Assembly: GCA_030704615.1 (NCBI GenBank)
Contig: CM060731.1
Span: forward strand, 58,838,001 to 58,902,000
Reading direction: 5' to 3'
Origin: Takakia lepidozioides
Taxonomy: Eukaryota > Plantae > Bryophyta
DNA: 64,000 bases
A model generated the notes under the pieces. The model was not told the origin of the DNA and ran no database searches. It saw nothing but the letters and a program-made list of their open reading frames with translations. Position 1 is the stretch's first letter; the number at the start of each line of letters is the position of its first letter. Shown here piece after piece: positions 62,800-64,000 of the stretch. A program made the position numbers and the translations under genes.

Positions 62800-64000
62800 A
62801 CCAAAACCCCTACCTTAGTAAACCCTTATCCTAGTAAAACCCTTTACCCTAAACCCTTTACCCTAAAAGACCCTTAAAGCATTTATCCCTAAACCCTTAC
62901 CATTCCTTTTGCAAATAGGATTGTACTATCCAATGTACCATAACCAATAATGGTTATGGACCTTATGGTAATCCAAATCTCTTCTCCCTTCCTTTTGTGG
63001 CTACTTTTTTCGTTTTGGATTCACATGCACTTACCAAGTTTATATATTAGTGTGCTTTCTATGTATCTTAAGACCAGGTTCCAACGACGAGTCATTAATT
63101 TAAATACGTTCTCTCAATGACTCTCCATATATTTGTGTCTTCTCCACTTTTACCCACATTTTTTTTTTTTTTCATTTTTTGTTTTTAACCATAATTATAC
63201 ATACCAAGTTTTAGTGAGTGCGAATCTTCCATATTTGTTTGTCCATTTATACCTTTACCATCACCCCTAAACCCTTATCCTTCATTTTACCCTTCATTTT
63301 ACCCTTCATTTTACCCTTCCCTGAACCCTTCCATAGGCTTAAGCCGGACCCTTAGTACCCTAAATCATTACTCTTACCATATACCAAAACCTTTTGTGTA
63401 CTACCATAAATCCAAACCCTAAACCCTTACCCTTCCCTTTACCCTGGCCTTAATCCTTACCCTACTTAAGCCTAACACTTACTACCCTAAACCTTATACT
63501 CTTACTATATCCCAAAAACCAGGTTCGTGTACTACCCTACTTACACTCCAAACCAAGTTATTGTACTACCATATATGAGTCTTCCATATTTGTTTGTCCT
63601 TTTCTACCCTAATCCAAACCTTAAACCCTTACCCTTCCCTTAATCCTTATCCTAAGCTTAAGTGTGATCATTAGCACCCTAAACCATTACTCTTACCATA
63701 TACCCAAAAACCAGGTTAGTGTATCACCCTACTTACACTCCAAACCAAATTATTGTACTACCATGTGTGAGTCTTCCATATTTGTTTGTCCTTTTTTATC
63801 CTAAATCCAAACCCTAAACCCTTACCCTTCCTTTTACCTTTCCTTAATCCTTACCATAAGCTTAAGTGTGAACCCTTAGCACCAAACCATTACTCTTACC
63901 ATATACCAAAAATCAGGTTAGTGTACTACCCTACTTACAGTGCTCCAAACCAAGTTATTGCACTACCATGTGTGAGTCTTATAGATATTCTTGCACCTGA
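62800..64000. repeat. Telomere-motif-rich (CCCTAAA/CCCTTA) region with a ~190-205-bp higher-order tandem unit
   Basis: gagtcttccatatttgtttgtcc-like blocks near 63223, 63577 and 63769, with a partial one near 63973; many aaaccctaaacccttaccc motifs. Confidence 0.8.

Noticed and set aside
62800-64000. True telomere
   Set aside because: No perfect (CCCTAAA)n tract; the motifs are embedded in a longer unit

Overview
Eukaryotic, spliceosomal-intron-containing land-plant nuclear DNA. A non-seed plant is likely, inferred from the TE complement (Sola-like, CRE-like and RTEX/L2-like elements) and from PLS-PPR remnants. Three host genes look intact: the TFIIF beta subunit (6 exons, +), an NPH3-clade BTB/NPH3 gene (7 exons, -) with an unusual His/Ser-rich N-terminal extension, and a small conserved two-exon membrane-protein gene (-). 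There are also F-box and PPR (EMB975-like) pseudogenes, a 500-N scaffold gap, and many TE remnants: Ty3/gypsy, CACTA, tail-less LINE copies (one fused to a DHFS gene fragment), a CRE-like RLE LINE, tRNA-derived SINEs, a MULE-type MITE and a Sola-like transposase. The most striking region is about 45.3-60.2 kb, which looks like a large, decayed Mutator-like element. It carries a GCM-like zinc domain plus MULE transposase and a SWIM ORF, a CRISPR-like array of 20 palindromic ~24-bp repeats spaced mostly 53 bp apart, and cargo genes resembling a ParB/Srx-like domain and a beta-class N6A/N4C DNA methyltransferase. All domain assignments are by-eye motif recognition; no searches were run.
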